The notes: generated from the sequence alone by a model not told the origin. A stretch of 64,000 nucleotides of DNA from Macrostomum hystrix (GCA_950097015.1 CATNEN010000011.1:5642001-5706000), one strand, 5' to 3'; shown: positions 24,001 through 37,663, numbered from the stretch's first letter. Numbers and translations are program-made.

Positions 24001-27000
24001 CAGCTTTAATGCGTCTCGAGCGTTCTCATCTAGACCGGCCTTCTCTGCAGCACTCTTCTCTAATGGACCATCCGATGCCTTTTGCAGTGCATCTCTCAGA
24101 GCGGCCTGCTCCTCTGGAGTCAGTGCAACAGTCTTGCCACTCTGCTCGGCGTCCTCCACCTTCTTCATGGCCTGAGCCAATGCACCTGTCTCGTCAGCAG
24201 CAGCGTCTAGGGACTTCTGAAGGGCTTTAGCAATGCCCTTTGCCGTCTCGGCGTCGACCTGTCCGTCCGTCTTCGCCAGATCCGACAGCGCCTCCTTGCT
24301 TGCATCAGCCTGCTTCACCTGCTCTAGGCTGTCCTTGACGGCTTGGGCCACCATGCCCAGAGCGTCTAGCTGCTCAGCCGTCATCGTGTCGCCGGCCTTC
24401 TTGCTCTCCAGGGCGCTCAGCACTGCCAGAGCGGAACTAGCGTCTGCTTCACTAATTCCGAGGCTCTCCGGATTCTCTTCCAGAACCTTCTTCAAGGCTT
24501 CACTGCTGGCAGCGAGATCTTCGGCCTGCTTTTCACTCAGCTTCTTGTCTTTGCCGTCGCCAGCGAGCCAAGACAGCGCCTTCAGTTTGCTGGCTGCCTG
24601 GCCGACCTCTTCCACAGCGGCGTCCTTCTCTGCCTCACTCGGCGACTTGGACGACTCGGCTTCCTTCTTTTTCGTCTTGTCAGTCTTCTTCTTTTTCTTG
24701 GAGAGCTGAGCGAGCGCCTTGCCGAGCTGCTTCTTTTCAGCGTCCGACAGAGCATCCAACGGCTTGTCCTTGACGCTGTGTAGCAGCGCTGCAAGCACTG
24801 CCTTTTCCTCCTCGCTGAGTCCACTGTCACCAGAAGCGAGCACGTCATCGATCGCATTCACTGCCTCACTGACCGCATTTCGCTCGGATTCAGTTAGTTC
24901 GGCAGCCTTGCTTCCGCGACGCTTCAGCACGTTCTCAGCCAGCTTTAATGCGTCTCGAGCGTTCTCATCTAGACCGGCCTTCTCTGCAGCACTCTTCTCT
25001 AATGGACCATCCGATGCCTTTTGCAGTGCATCTCTCAGAGCGGCCTGCTCCTCTGGAGTCAGTGCAACAGTCTTGCCACTCTGCTCGGCGTCCTCCACCT
25101 TCTTCATGGCCTGAGCCAATGCACCTGTCTCGTCAGCAGCAGCGTCTAGGGACTTCTGAAGGGCTTTAGCAATGCCCTTTGCCGTCTCGGCGTCGACCTG
25201 TCCGTCCGTCTTCGCCAGATCCGACAGCGCCTCCTTGCTTGCATCAGCCTGCTTCACCTGCTCTAGGCTGTCCTTGACGGCTTGGGCCACCATGCCCAGA
25301 GCGTCTAGCTGCTCAGCCGTCATCGTGTCGCCGGCCTTCTTGCTCTCCAGGGCGCTCAGCACTGCCAGAGCGGAACTAGCGTCTGCTTCACTAATTCCGA
25401 GGCTCTCCGGATTCTCTTCCAGAACCTTCTTCAAGGCTTCACTGCTGGCAGCGAGATCTTCGGCCTGCTTTTCACTCAGCTTCTTGTCTTTGCCGTCGCC
25501 AGCGAGCCAAGACAGCGCCTTCAGTTTGCTGGCTGCCTGGCCGACCTCTTCCACAGCGGCGTCCTTCTCTGCCTCACTCGGCGACTTGGACGACTCGGCT
25601 TCCTTCTTTTTCGTCTTGTCAGTCTTCTTCTTTTTCTTGGAGAGCTGAGCGAGCGCCTTGCCGAGCTGCTTCTTTTCAGCGTCCGACAGAGCATCCAACG
25701 GCTTGTCCTTGACGCTGTGTAGCAGCGCTGCAAGCACTGCCTTTTCCTCCTCGCTGAGTCCACTGTCACCAGAAGCGAGCACGTCATCGATCGCATTCAC
25801 TGCCTCACTGACCGCATTTCGCTCGGATTCAGTTAGTTCGGCAGCCTTGCTTCCGCGACGCTTCAGCACGTTCTCAGCCAGCTTTAATGCGTCTCGAGCG
25901 TTCTCATCTAGACCGGCCTTCTCTGCAGCACTCTTCTCTAATGGACCATCCGATGCCTTTTGCAGTGCATCTCTCAGAGCGGCCTGCTCCACTGGAGTCA
26001 GTGCAACAGTCTTGCCACTCTGCTCGGCGTCCTCCACCTTCTTCATCGCCTGAGCCAATGCACCTGTCTCGTCAGCAGCAGCGTCTAGGGACTTCTGAAG
26101 GGCTTTAGCAATGCCCTTTGCCGTCTCGGCGTCGACCTGTCCGTCCGTCTTCGCCAGATCCGACAGCGCCTCCTTGCTTGCATCAGCCTGCTTCACCTGC
26201 TCTAGGCTGTCCTTGACGGCTTGGGCCACCATGCCCAGAGCGTCTAGCTGCTCAGCCGTCATCGTGTCGCCGGCCTTCTTGCTCTCCAGGGCGCTCAGCA
26301 CTGCCAGAGCGGAACTAGCGTCTGCTTCACTAATTCCGAGGCTCTCCGGATTCTCTTCCAGAACCTTCTTCAAGGCTTCACTGCTGGCAGCGAGATCTTC
26401 GGCCTGCTTTTCACTCAGCTTCTTGTCTTTGCCGTCGCCAGCGAGCCAAGACAGCGCCTTCAGTTTGCTGGCTGCCTGGCCGACCTCTTCCACAGCGGCG
26501 TCCTTCTCTGCCTCACTCGGCGACTTGGACGACTCGGCTTCCTTCTTTTTCGTCTTGTCAGTCTTCTTCTTTTTCTTGGAGAGCTGAGCGAGCGCCTTGC
26601 CGAGCTGCTTCTTTTCAGCGTCCGACAGAGCGTCCAACGGCTTGTCCTTGACGCTGTGTAGCAGCGCTGCAAGCACTGCCTTTTCCTCCTCGCTGAGTCC
26701 ACTGTCACCAGAAGCGAGCACGTCATCGATCGCATTCACTGCCTCACTGACCGCATTTCGCTCGGATTCAGTTAGTTCGGCAGCCTCGCTTCCGCGACGC
26801 TTCAGCACGTTCTCAGCTAGCTTTAATGCGTCTCGAGCGTTCTCATCTAGACCGGCCTTCTCTGCAGCACTCTTCTCTAATGGACCATCCGATGCCTTTT
26901 GCAGTGCATCTCTCAGAGCGGCCTGCTCCACTGGAGTCAGTGCAACAGTCTTGCCACTCTGCTCGGTGTCCTCCACCTTCTTCATGGCCTGAGCCAATGC

Positions 27001-30000
27001 ACCTGTCTCGTCAGCAGCAGCGTCTAGGGACTTCTGAAGGGCTTTAGCAATGCCCTTTGCCGTCTCGGCGTCGACCTGTCCGTCCGTCTTCGCCAGATCC
27101 GACAGCGCCTCCTTGCTTGCATCAGCCTGCTTCACCTGCTCTAGGCTCTCCTCGACGGCCTTGGCTACCTTGCCCAGAGCGTCTAGCTGCTCAGCCGTCA
27201 TCGTGTCGCCGGCCTTCTTGCTCTCCAGGGCGCTCAGCACTGCCAGAGCGGAACTAGCATCTGCTTCACTAATTCCGAGGCTCTCCGGATTCTCTTCCAG
27301 AACCTTCTTCAAGGCTTCACTGCTGGCAGCGAGATCTTCGGCCTGCTTTTCACTCAGCTTCTTGTCTTTGCCGTCGCCAGCGAGCCAAGACAGCGCCTTC
27401 AGTTTGCTGGCTGCCTGGCCGACCTCTTCCACAGCGGCGTCCTTCTCTGCCTCACTCGGCGACTTGGACGAATCGGCTTCCTTCTTTTTCGTCTTGTCAG
27501 TCTTCTTCTTTTTCTTGGAGAGCTGAGCGAGCGCCTTGCCGAGCTGCTTCTTTTCAGCGTCCGACAGAGCGTCCAACGGCTTGTCCTTGACGCTGTGTAG
27601 CAGCGCTGCAAGCACTGCCTTTTCCTCCTCGCTGAGTCCACTGTCACCAGAAGCGAGCACGTCATCGATCGCATTCACTGCCTCACTGACCGCATTTCGC
27701 TCGGATTCAGTTAGTTCGGCAGCCTCGCTTCCGCGACGCTTCAGCACGTTCTCAGCTAGCTTTAATGCGTCTCGAGCGTTCTCATCTAGACCGGCCTTCT
27801 CTGCAGCACTCTTCTCTAATGGACCATCCGATGCCTTTTGCAGTGCATCTCTCAGAGCGGCCTGCTCCACTGGAGTCAGTGCAACAGTCTTGCCACTCTG
27901 CTCGGTGTCCTCCACCTTCTTCATGGCCTGAGCCAATGCACCTGTCTCGTCAGCAGCAGCGTCTAGGGACTTCTGAAGGGCTTTAGCAATGCCCTTTGCC
28001 GTCTCGGCGTCGACCTGTCCGTCCGTCTTCGCCAGATCCGACAGCGCCTCCTTGCTTGCATCAGCCTGCTTCACCTGCTCTAGGCTCTCCTCGACGGCCT
28101 TGGCTACCTTGCCCAGAGCGTCTAGCTGCTCAGCCGTCATCGTGTCGCCGGCCTTCTTGCTCTCCAGGGCGCTCAGCACTGCCAGAGCGGAACTAGCATC
28201 TGCTTCACTAATTCCGAGGCTCTCCGGATTCTCTTCCAGAACCTTCTTCATGGCTTCACTGCTGGCAGCGAGATCTTCGGCCTGCTTTTCACTCAGCTTC
28301 TTGTCTTTGCCGTCGCCAGCGAGCCAAGACAGCGCCTTCAGTTTGCTGGCTGCCTGGCCGACCTCTTCCACAGCGGCGTCCTTCTCTGCCTCACTCGGCG
28401 ACTTGGACGACTCGGCTTCCTTCTTTTTCGTCTTGTCAGTCTTCTTCTTTTTCTTGGAGAGCTGAGCGAGCGCCTTGCCGAGCTGCTTCTTTTCAGCGTC
28501 CGACAGAGCGTCCAACGGCTTGTCCTTGACGCTGTGTAGCAGCGCTGCAAGCACTGCCTTTTCCTCCTCGCTGAGTCCACTGTCACCAGAAGCGAGCACG
28601 TCATCGATCGCATTCACTGCCTCACTGACCGCATTTCGCTCGGATTCAGTTAGTTCGGCAGCCTCGCTTCCGCGACGCTTCAGCACGTTCTCAGCTAGCT
28701 TTAATGCGTCTCGAGCGTTCTCATCTAGACCGGCCTTCTCTGCAGCACTCTTCTCTAATGGACCATCCGATGCCTTTTGCAGTGCATCTCTCAGAGCGGC
28801 CTGCTCCTCTGGAGTCAGTGCAACAGTCTTGCCACTCTGCTCGGCGTCCTCCACCTTCTTCATCGCCTGAGCCAATGCACCTGTCTCGTCAGCAGCAGCG
28901 TCTAGGGACTTCTGAAGGGCTTTAGCAATGCCCTTTGCCGTCTCGGCGTCGACCTGTCCGTCCGTCTTCGCCAGATCCGACAGCGCCTCCTTGCTTGCAT
29001 CAGCCTGCTTCACCTGCTCTAGGCTCTCCTCGACGGCCTTGGCTACCTTGCCCAGAGCGTCTAGCTGCTCAGCCGTCATCGTGTCGCCGGCCTTCTTGCT
29101 CTCCAGGGCGCTCAGCACTGCCAGAGCGGAACTAGCGTCTGCTTCACTAATTCCGAGGCTCTCCGGATTCTCTTCCAGAACCTTCTTCAAGGCTTCACTG
29201 CTGGCAGCGAGATCTTCGGCCTGCTTTTCACTCAGCTTCTTGTCTTTGCCGTCGCCAGCGAGCCAAGACAGCGCCTTCAGTTTGCTGGCTGCCTGGCCGA
29301 CCTCTTCCACAGCGGCGTCCTTCTCTGCCTCACTCGGCGACTTGGACGACTCGGCTTCCTTCTTTTTCGTCTTGTCAGTCTTCTTCTTTTTCTTGGAGAG
29401 CTGAGCGAGCGCCTTGCCGAGCTGCTTCTTTTCAGCGTCCGACAGAGCGTCCAACGGCTTGTCCTTGACGCTGTGTAGCAGCGCTGCAAGCACTGCCTTT
29501 TCCTCCTCGCTGAGTCCACTGTCACCAGAAGCGAGCACGTCATCGATCGCATTCACTGCCTCACTGACCGCATTTCGCTCGGATTCAGTTAGTTCGGCAG
29601 CCTTGCTTCCGCGACGCTTCAGCACGTTCTCAGCCAGCTTTAATGCGTCTCGAGCGTTCTCATCTAGACCGGCCTTCTCTGCAGCACTCTTCTCTAATGG
29701 ACCATCCGATGCCTTTTGCAGTGCATCTCTCAGAGCGGCCTGCTCCTCTGGAGTCAGTGCAACAGTCTTGCCACTCTGCTCGGCGTCCTCCACCTTCTTC
29801 ATCGCCTGAGCCAATGCACCTGTCTCGTCAGCAGCAGCGTCTAGGGACTTCTGAAGGGCTTTAGCAATGCCCTTTGCCGTCTCGGCGTCGACCTGTCCGT
29901 CCGTCTTCGCCAGATCCGACAGCGCCTCCTTGCTTGCATCAGCCTGCTTCACCTGCTCTAGGCTGTCCTTGACGGCTTGGGCCACCATGCCCAGAGAGTC

Positions 30001-33000
30001 TAGCTGCTCAGCCGTCATCGTGTCGCCGGCCTTCTTGCTCTCCAGGGCGCTCAGCACTGCCAGAGCGGAACTAGCGTCTGCTTCACTAATTCCGAGGCTC
30101 TCCGGATTCTCTTCCAGAACCTTCTTCATGGCTTCACTGCTGGCAGCGAGATCTTCGGCCTGCTTTTCACTCAGCTTCTTGTCTTTGCCGTCGCCAGCGA
30201 GCCAAGACAGCGCCTTCAGTTTGCTGGCTGCCTGGCCGACTTCTTCCACAGCGGCGTCCTTCTCTGCCTCACTCGGCGACTTGGACGAATCGGCTTCCTT
30301 CTTTTTCGTCTTGTCAGTCTTCTTCGATTTCTTGGAGAGCTGAGCGAGCGCCTTGCCGAGCTGCTTCTTTTCAGCGTCCGACAGAGCGTCCAACGGCTTG
30401 TCCTTGACGCTGTGTAGCAGCGCTGCAAGCACTGCCTTTTCCTCCTCGCTGAGTCCACTGTCACCAGAAGCGAGCACGTCATCGATCGCATTCACTGCCT
30501 CACTGACCGCATTTCGCTCGGATTCAGTTAGTTCGGCAGCCCTGCTTCCGCGACGCTTCAGCACGTTCTCAGCCAGCTTTAATGCGTCTCGAGCGTTCTC
30601 ATCTAGACCGGCCTTCTCTGCAGCACTCTTCTCTAATGGACCATCCGATGCCTTTTGCAGTGCATCTCTCAGAGCGGCCTGCTCCTCTGGAGTCAGTGCA
30701 ACAGTCTTGCCACTCTGCTCGGCGTCCTCCACCTTCTTCATGGCCTGAGCCAATGCACCTGTCTCGTCAGCAGCAGCGTCTAGGGACTTCTGAAGGGCTT
30801 TAGCAATGCCCTTTGCCGTCTCGGCGTCGACCTGTCCGTCCGTCTTCGCCAGATCCGACAGCGCCTCCTTGCTTGCATCAGCCTGCTTCACCTGCTCTAG
30901 GCTGTCCTTGACGGCTTGGGCCACCATGCCCAGAGCGTCTAGCTGCTCAGCCGTCATCGTGTCGCCGGCCTTCTTGCTCTCCAGGGCGCTCAGCACTGCC
31001 AGAGCGGAACTAGCGTCTGCTTCACTAATTCCGAGGCTCTCCGGATTCTCTTCCAGAACCTTCTTCATGGCTTCACTGCTGGCAGCGAGATCTTCGGCCT
31101 GCTTTTCACTCAGCTTCTTGTCTTTGCCGTCGCCAGCGAGCCAAGACAGCGCCTTCAGTTTGCTGGCTGCCTGGCCGACCTCTTCCACAGCGGCGTCCTT
31201 CTCTGCCTCACTCGGCGACTTGGACGAATCGGCTTCCTTCTTTTTCGTCTTGTCAGTCTTCTTCTTTTTCTTGGAGAGCTGAGCGAGCGCCTTGCCGAGC
31301 TGCTTCTTTTCAGCGTCCGACAGAGCGTCCAACGGCTTGTCCTTGACGCTGTGTAGCAGCGCTGCAAGCACTGCCTTTTCCTCCTCGCTGAGTCCACTGT
31401 CACCAGAAGCGAGCACGTCATCGATCGCATTCACTGCCTCACTGACCGCATTTCGCTCCGATTCAGTTAGTTCGGCAGCCTTGCTTCCGCGACGCTTCAG
31501 CACGTTCTCAGCCAGCTTTAATGCGTCTCGAGCGTTCTCATCTAGACCGGCCTTCTCTGCAGCACTCTTCTCTAATGGACCATCCGATGCCTTTTGCAGT
31601 GCATCTCTCAGAGCGGCCTGCTCCTCTGGAGTCAGTGCAACAGTCTTGCCACTCTGCTCGGCGTCCTCCACCTTCTTCATCGCCTGAGCCAATGCACCTG
31701 TCTCGTCAGCAGCAGCGTCTAGGGACTTCTGAAGGGCTTTAGCAATGCCCTTTGCCGTCTCGGCGTCGACCTGTCCGTCCGTCTTCGCCAGATCCGACAG
31801 CGCCTCCTTGCTTGCATCAGCCTGCTTCACCTGCTCTAGGATCTCCTCGACGGCCTTGGCTACCTTGCCCAGAGCGTCTAGCTGCTCAGCCGTCATCGTG
31901 TCGCCGGCCTTCTTGCTCTCCAGGGCGCTCAGCACTGCCAGAGCGGAACTAGCGTCTGCTTCACTAATTCCGAGGCTCTCCGGATTCTCTTCCAGAACCT
32001 TCTTCATGGCTTCACTGCTGGCAGCGAGATCTTCGGCCTGCTTTTCACTCAGCTTCTTGTCTTTGCCGTCGCCAGCGAGCCAAGACAGCGCCTTCAGTTT
32101 GCTGGCTGCCTGGCCGACCTCTTCCACAGCGGCGTCCTTCTCTGCCTCACTCGGCGACTTGGACGAATCGGCTTCCTTCTTTTTCGTCTTGTCAGTCTTC
32201 TTCGATTTCTTGGAGAGCTGAGCGAGCGCCTTGCCGAGCTGCTTCTTTTCAGCGTCCGACAGAGCGTCCAACGGCTTGTCCTTGACGCTGTGTAGCAGCG
32301 CTGCAAGCACTGCCTTTTCCTCCTCGCTGAGTCCACTGTCACCAGAAGCGAGCACGTCATCAATCGCATTCACTGCCTCACTGACCGCATTTCGCTCGGA
32401 TTCAGTTAGTCCGGCAGCCTTGCTTCCGCGACGCTTCAGCACGTTCTCAGCCAGCTTTAATGCGTCTCGAGCGTTCTCATCTAGACCGGCCTTCTCTGCA
32501 GCACTCTTCTCTAATGGACCATCCGATGCCTTTTGCAGTGCATCTCTCAGAGCGGCCTGCTCCTCTGGAGTCAGTGCAACAGTCTTGCCACTCTGCTCGG
32601 CGTCCTCCACCTTCTTCATCGCCTGAGCCAATGCACCTGTCTCGTCAGCAGCAGCGTCTAGGGACTTCTGAAGGGCTTTAGCAATGCCCTTTGCCGTCTC
32701 GGCGTCGACCTGTCCGTCCGTCTTCGCCAGATCCGACAGCGCCTCCTTGCTTGCATCAGCCTGCTTCACCTGCTCTAGGCTGTCCTTGACGGCTTGGGCC
32801 ACCATGCCCAGAGCGTCTAGCTGCTCAGCCGTCATCGTGTCGCCGGCCTTCTTGCTCTCCAGGGCGCTCAGCACTGCCAGAGCGGAACTAGCGTCTGCTT
32901 CACTAATTCCGAGGCTCTCCGGATTCTCTTCCAGAACCTTCTTCATGGCTTCACTGCTGGCAGCGAGATCTTCGGCCTGCTTTTCACTCAGCTTCTTGTC

Positions 33001-36000
33001 TTTGCCGTCGCCAGCGAGCCAAGACAGCGCCTTCAGTTTGCTGGCTGCCTGGCCGACCTCTTCCACAGCGGCGTCCTTCTCTGCCTCACTCGGCGACTTG
33101 GACGACTCGGCTTCCTTCTTTTTCGTCTTGTCAGTCTTCTTCTTTTTCTTGGAGAGCTGAGCGAGCGCCTTGCCGAGCTGCTTCTTTTCAGCGTCCGACA
33201 GAGCGTCCAACGGCTTGTCCTTGACGCTGTGTAGCAGCGCTGCAAGCACTGCCTTTTCCTCCTCGCTGAGTCCACTGTCACCAGAAGCGAGCACGTCATC
33301 GATCGCATTCACTGCCTCACTGACCGCATTTCGCTCGGATTCAGTTAGTTCGACAGCCTTGCTTCCGCGACGCTTCAGCACGTTCTCAGCCAGCTTTAAT
33401 GCGTCTCGAGCGTTCTCATCTAGACCGGCCTTCTCTGCAGCACTCTTCTCTAATGGACCATCTGATGCCTTTTGCAGTGCATCTCTCAGAGCGGCCTGCT
33501 CCTCTGGAGTCAGTGCAACAGTCTTGCCACTCTGCTCGGCGTCCTCCACCTTCTTCATCGCCTGAGCCAATGCACCTGTCTCGTCAGCAGCAGCGTCTAG
33601 GGACTTCTGAAGGGCTTTAGCAATGCCCTTTGCCGTCTCGGCGTCGACCTGTCCGTCCGTCTTCGCCAGATCCGACAGCGCCTCCTTGCTTGCATCAGCC
33701 TGCTTCACCTGCTCTAGGCTGTCCTTGACGGCTTGGGCCACCATGCCCAGAGAGTCTAGCTGCTCAGCCGTCATCGTGTCGCCGGCCTTCTTGCTCTCCA
33801 GGGCGCTCAGCACTGCCAGAGCGGAACTAGCGTCTGCTTCACTAATTCCGAGGCTCTCCGGATTCTCTTCCAGAACCTTCTTCATGGCTTCACTGCTGGC
33901 AGCGAGATCTTCGGCCTGCTTTTCACTCAGCTTCTTGTCTTTGCCGTCGCCAGCGAGCCAAGACAGCGCCTTCAGTTTGCTGGCTGCCTGGCCGACCTCT
34001 TCCACAGCGGCGTCCTTCTCTGCCTCACTCGGCGACTTGGACGAATCGGCTTCCTTCTTTTTCGTCTTGTCAGTCTTCTTCTTTTTCTTGGAGAGCTGAG
34101 CGAGCGCCTTGCCGAGCTGCTTCTTTTCAGCGTCCGACAGAGCGTCCAACGGCTTGTCCTTGACGCTGTGTAGCAGCGCTGCAAGCACTGCCTTTTCCTC
34201 CTCGCTGAGTCCACTGTCACCAGAAGCGAGCACGTCATCGATCGCATTCACTGCCTCACTGACCGCATTTCGCTCGGATTCAGTTAGTTCGGCAGCCTTG
34301 CTTCCGCGACGCTTCAGCACGTTCTCAGCCAGCTTTAATGCGTCTCGAGCGTTCTCATCTAGACCGGCCTTCTCTGCAGCACTCTTCTCTAATGGACCAT
34401 CCGATGCCTTTTGCAGTGCATCTCTCAGAGCGGCCTGCTCCACTGGAGTCAGTGCAACAGTCTTGCCACTCTGCTCGGCGTCCTCCACCTTCTTCATCGC
34501 CTGAGCCAATGCACCTGTCTCGTCAGCAGCAGCGTCTAGGGACTTCTGAAGGGCTTTAGCAATGCCCTTTGCCGTCTCGGCGTCGACCTGTCCGTCCGTC
34601 TTCGCCAGATCCGACAGCGCCTCCTTGCTTGCATCAGCCTGCTTCACCTGCTCTAGGCTGTCCTTGACGGCTTGGGCCACCATGCCCAGAGCGTCTAGCT
34701 GCTCAGCCGTCATCGTGTCGCCGGCCTTCTTGCTCTCCAGGGCGCTCAGCACTGCCAGAGCGGAACTAGCGTCTGCTTCACTAATTCCGAGGCTCTCCGG
34801 ATTCTCTTCCAGAACCTTCTTCATGGCTTCACTGCTGGCAGCGAGATCTTCGGCCTGCTTTTCACTCAGCTTCTTGTCTTTGCCGTCGCCAGCGAGCCAA
34901 GACAGCGCCTTCAGTTTGCTGGCTGCCTGGCCGACCTCTTCCACAGCGGCGTCCTTCTCTGCCTCACTCGGCGACTTGGACGACTCGGCTTCCTTCTTTT
35001 TCGTCTTGTCAGTCTTCTTCTTTTTCTTGGAGAGCTGAGCGAGCGCCTTGCCGAGCTGCTTCTTTTCAGCGTCCGACAGAGCATCCAACGGCTTGTCCTT
35101 GACGCTGTGTAGCAGCGCTGCAAGCACTGCCTTTTCCTCCTCGCTGAGTCCACTGTCACCAGAAGCGAGCACGTCATCGATCGCATTCACTGCCTCACTG
35201 ACCGCATTTCGCTCGGATTCAGTTAGTTCGGCAGCCTTGCTTCCGCGACGCTTCAGCACGTTCTCAGCCAGCTTTAATGCGTCTCGAGCGTTCTCATCTA
35301 GACCGGCCTTCTCTGCAGCACTCTTCTCTAATGGACCATCCGATGCCTTTTGCAGTGCATCTCTCAGAGCGGCCTGCTCCACTGGAGTCAGTGCAACAGT
35401 CTTGCCACTCTGCTCGGCGTCCTCCACCTTCTTCATCGCCTGAGCCAATGCACCTGTCTCGTCAGCAGCAGCGACTAGGGACTTCTGAAGGGCTTTAGCA
35501 ATGCCCTTTGCCGTCTCGGCGTCGACCTGTCCGTCCGTCTTCGCCAGATCCGACAGCGCCTCCTTGCTTGCATCAGCCTGCTTCACCTGCTCTAGGCTGT
35601 CCTTGACGGCTTGGGCCACCATGCCCAGAGCGTCTAGCTGCTCAGCCGTCATCGTGTCGCCGGCCTTCTTGCTCTCCAGGGCGCTCAGCACTGCCAGAGC
35701 GGAACTAGCGTCTGCTTCACTAATTCCGAGGCTCTCCGGATTCTCTTCCAGAACCTTCTTCATGGCTTCACTGCTGGCAGCGAGATCTTCGGCCTGCTTT
35801 TCACTCAGCTTCTTGTCTTTGCCGTCGCCAGCGAGCCAAGACAGCGCCTTCAGTTTGCTGGCTGCCTGGCCGACCTCTTCCACAGCGGCGTCCTTCTCTG
35901 CCTCACTCGGCGACTTGGACGACTCGGCTTCCTTCTTTTTCGTCTTGTCAGTCTTCTTCTTTTTCTTGGAGAGCTGAGCGAGCGCCTTGCCGAGCTGCTT

Positions 36001-37663
36001 CTTTTCAGCGTCCGACAGAGCGTCCAACGGCTTGTCCTTGACGCTGTGTAGCAGCGCTGCAAGCACTGCCTTTTCCTCCTCGCTGAGTCCACTGTCACCA
36101 GAAGCGAGCACGTCATCGATCGCATTCACTGCCTCACTGACCGCATTTCGCTCGGATTCAGTTAGTTCGGCAGCCTTGCTTCCGCGACGCTTCAGCACGT
36201 TCTCAGCCAGCTTTAATGCGTCTCGAGCGTTCTCATCTAGACCGGCCTTCTCTGCAGCACTCTTCTCTAATGGACCATCCGATGCCTTTTGCAGTGCATC
36301 TCTCAGAGCGGCCTGCTCCACTGGAGTCAGTGCAACAGTCTTGCCACTCTGCTCGGCGTCCTCCACCTTCTTCATCGCCTGAGCCAATGCACCTGTCTCG
36401 TCAGCAGCAGCGACTAGGGACTTCTGAAGGGCTTTAGCAATGCCCTTTGCCGTCTCGGCGTCGACCTGTCCGTCCGTCTTCGCCAGATCCGACAGCGCCT
36501 CCTTGCTTGCATCAGCCTGCTTCACCTGCTCTAGGCTGTCCTTGACGGCTTGGGCCACCATGCCCAGAGCGTCTAGCTGCTCAGCCGTCATCGTGTCGCC
36601 GGCCTTCTTGCTCTCCAGGGCGCTCAGCACTGCCAGAGCGGAACTAGCGTCTGCTTCACTAATTCCGAGGCTCTCCGGATTCTCTTCCAGAACCTTCTTC
36701 ATGGCTTCACTGCTGGCAGCGAGATCTTCGGCCTGCTTTTCACTCAGCTTCTTGTCTTTGCCGTCGCCAGCGAGCCAAGACAGCGCCTTCAGTTTGCTGG
36801 CTGCCTGGCCGACCTCTTCCACAGCGGCGTCCTTCTCTGCCTCACTCGGCGACTTGGACGACTCGGCTTCCTTCTTTTTCGTCTTGTCAGTCTTCTTCTT
36901 TTTCTTGGAGAGCTGAGCGAGCGCCTTGCCGAGCTGCTTCTTTTCAGCGTCCGACAGAGCGTCCAACGGCTTGTCCTTGACGCTGTGTAGCAGCGCTGCA
37001 AGCACTGCCTTTTCCTCCTCGCTGAGTCCACTGTCACCAGAAGCGAGCACGTCATCGATCGCATTCACTGCCTCACTGACCGCATTTCGCTCGGATTCAG
37101 TTAGTTCGGCAGCCTTGCTTCCGCGACGCTTCAGCACGTTCTCAGCCAGCTTTAATGCGTCTCGAGCGTTCTCATCTAGACCGGCCTTCTCTGCAGCACT
37201 CTTCTCTAATGGACCATCCGATGCCTTTTGCAGTGCATCTCTCAGAGCGGCCTGCTCCTCTGGAGTCAGTGCAACAGTCTTGCCACTCTGCTCGGCGTCC
37301 TCCACCTTCTTCATGGCCTGAGCCAATGCACCTGTCTCGTCAGCAGCAGCGTCTAGGGACTTCTGAAGGGCTTTAGCAATGCCCTTTGCCGTCTCGGCGT
37401 CGACCTGTCCGTCCGTCTTCGCCAGATCCGACAGCGCCTCCTTGCTTGCATCAGCCTGCTTCACCTGCTCTAGGCTCTCCTCGACGGCCTTGGCTACCTT
37501 GCCCAGAGCGTCTAGCTGCTCAGCCGTCATCGTGTCGCCGGCCTTCTTGCTCTCCAGGGCGCTCAGCACTGCCAGAGCGGAACTAGCGTCTGCTTCACTA
37601 ATTCCGAGGCTCTCCGGATTCTCTTCCAGAACCTTCTTCATGGCTTCACTGCTGGCAGCGAGA
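1..37663 (-). repeat. Coding tandem array, 939-bp unit, about 40 copies in window, continuing off the left edge
   Basis: Equivalent positions recur at 752, 1691, 2630 ... 37379. That span is 36627 nt = 39 x 939 + 6. Units differ by only a handful of substitutions. Confidence 0.98.

Noticed and set aside
1-37663. Array as CRISPR, rDNA or non-coding satellite
   Set aside because: There are no spacers and no rRNA similarity. The unit length is a multiple of 3 and one frame is stop-free, continuous with unique coding sequence.
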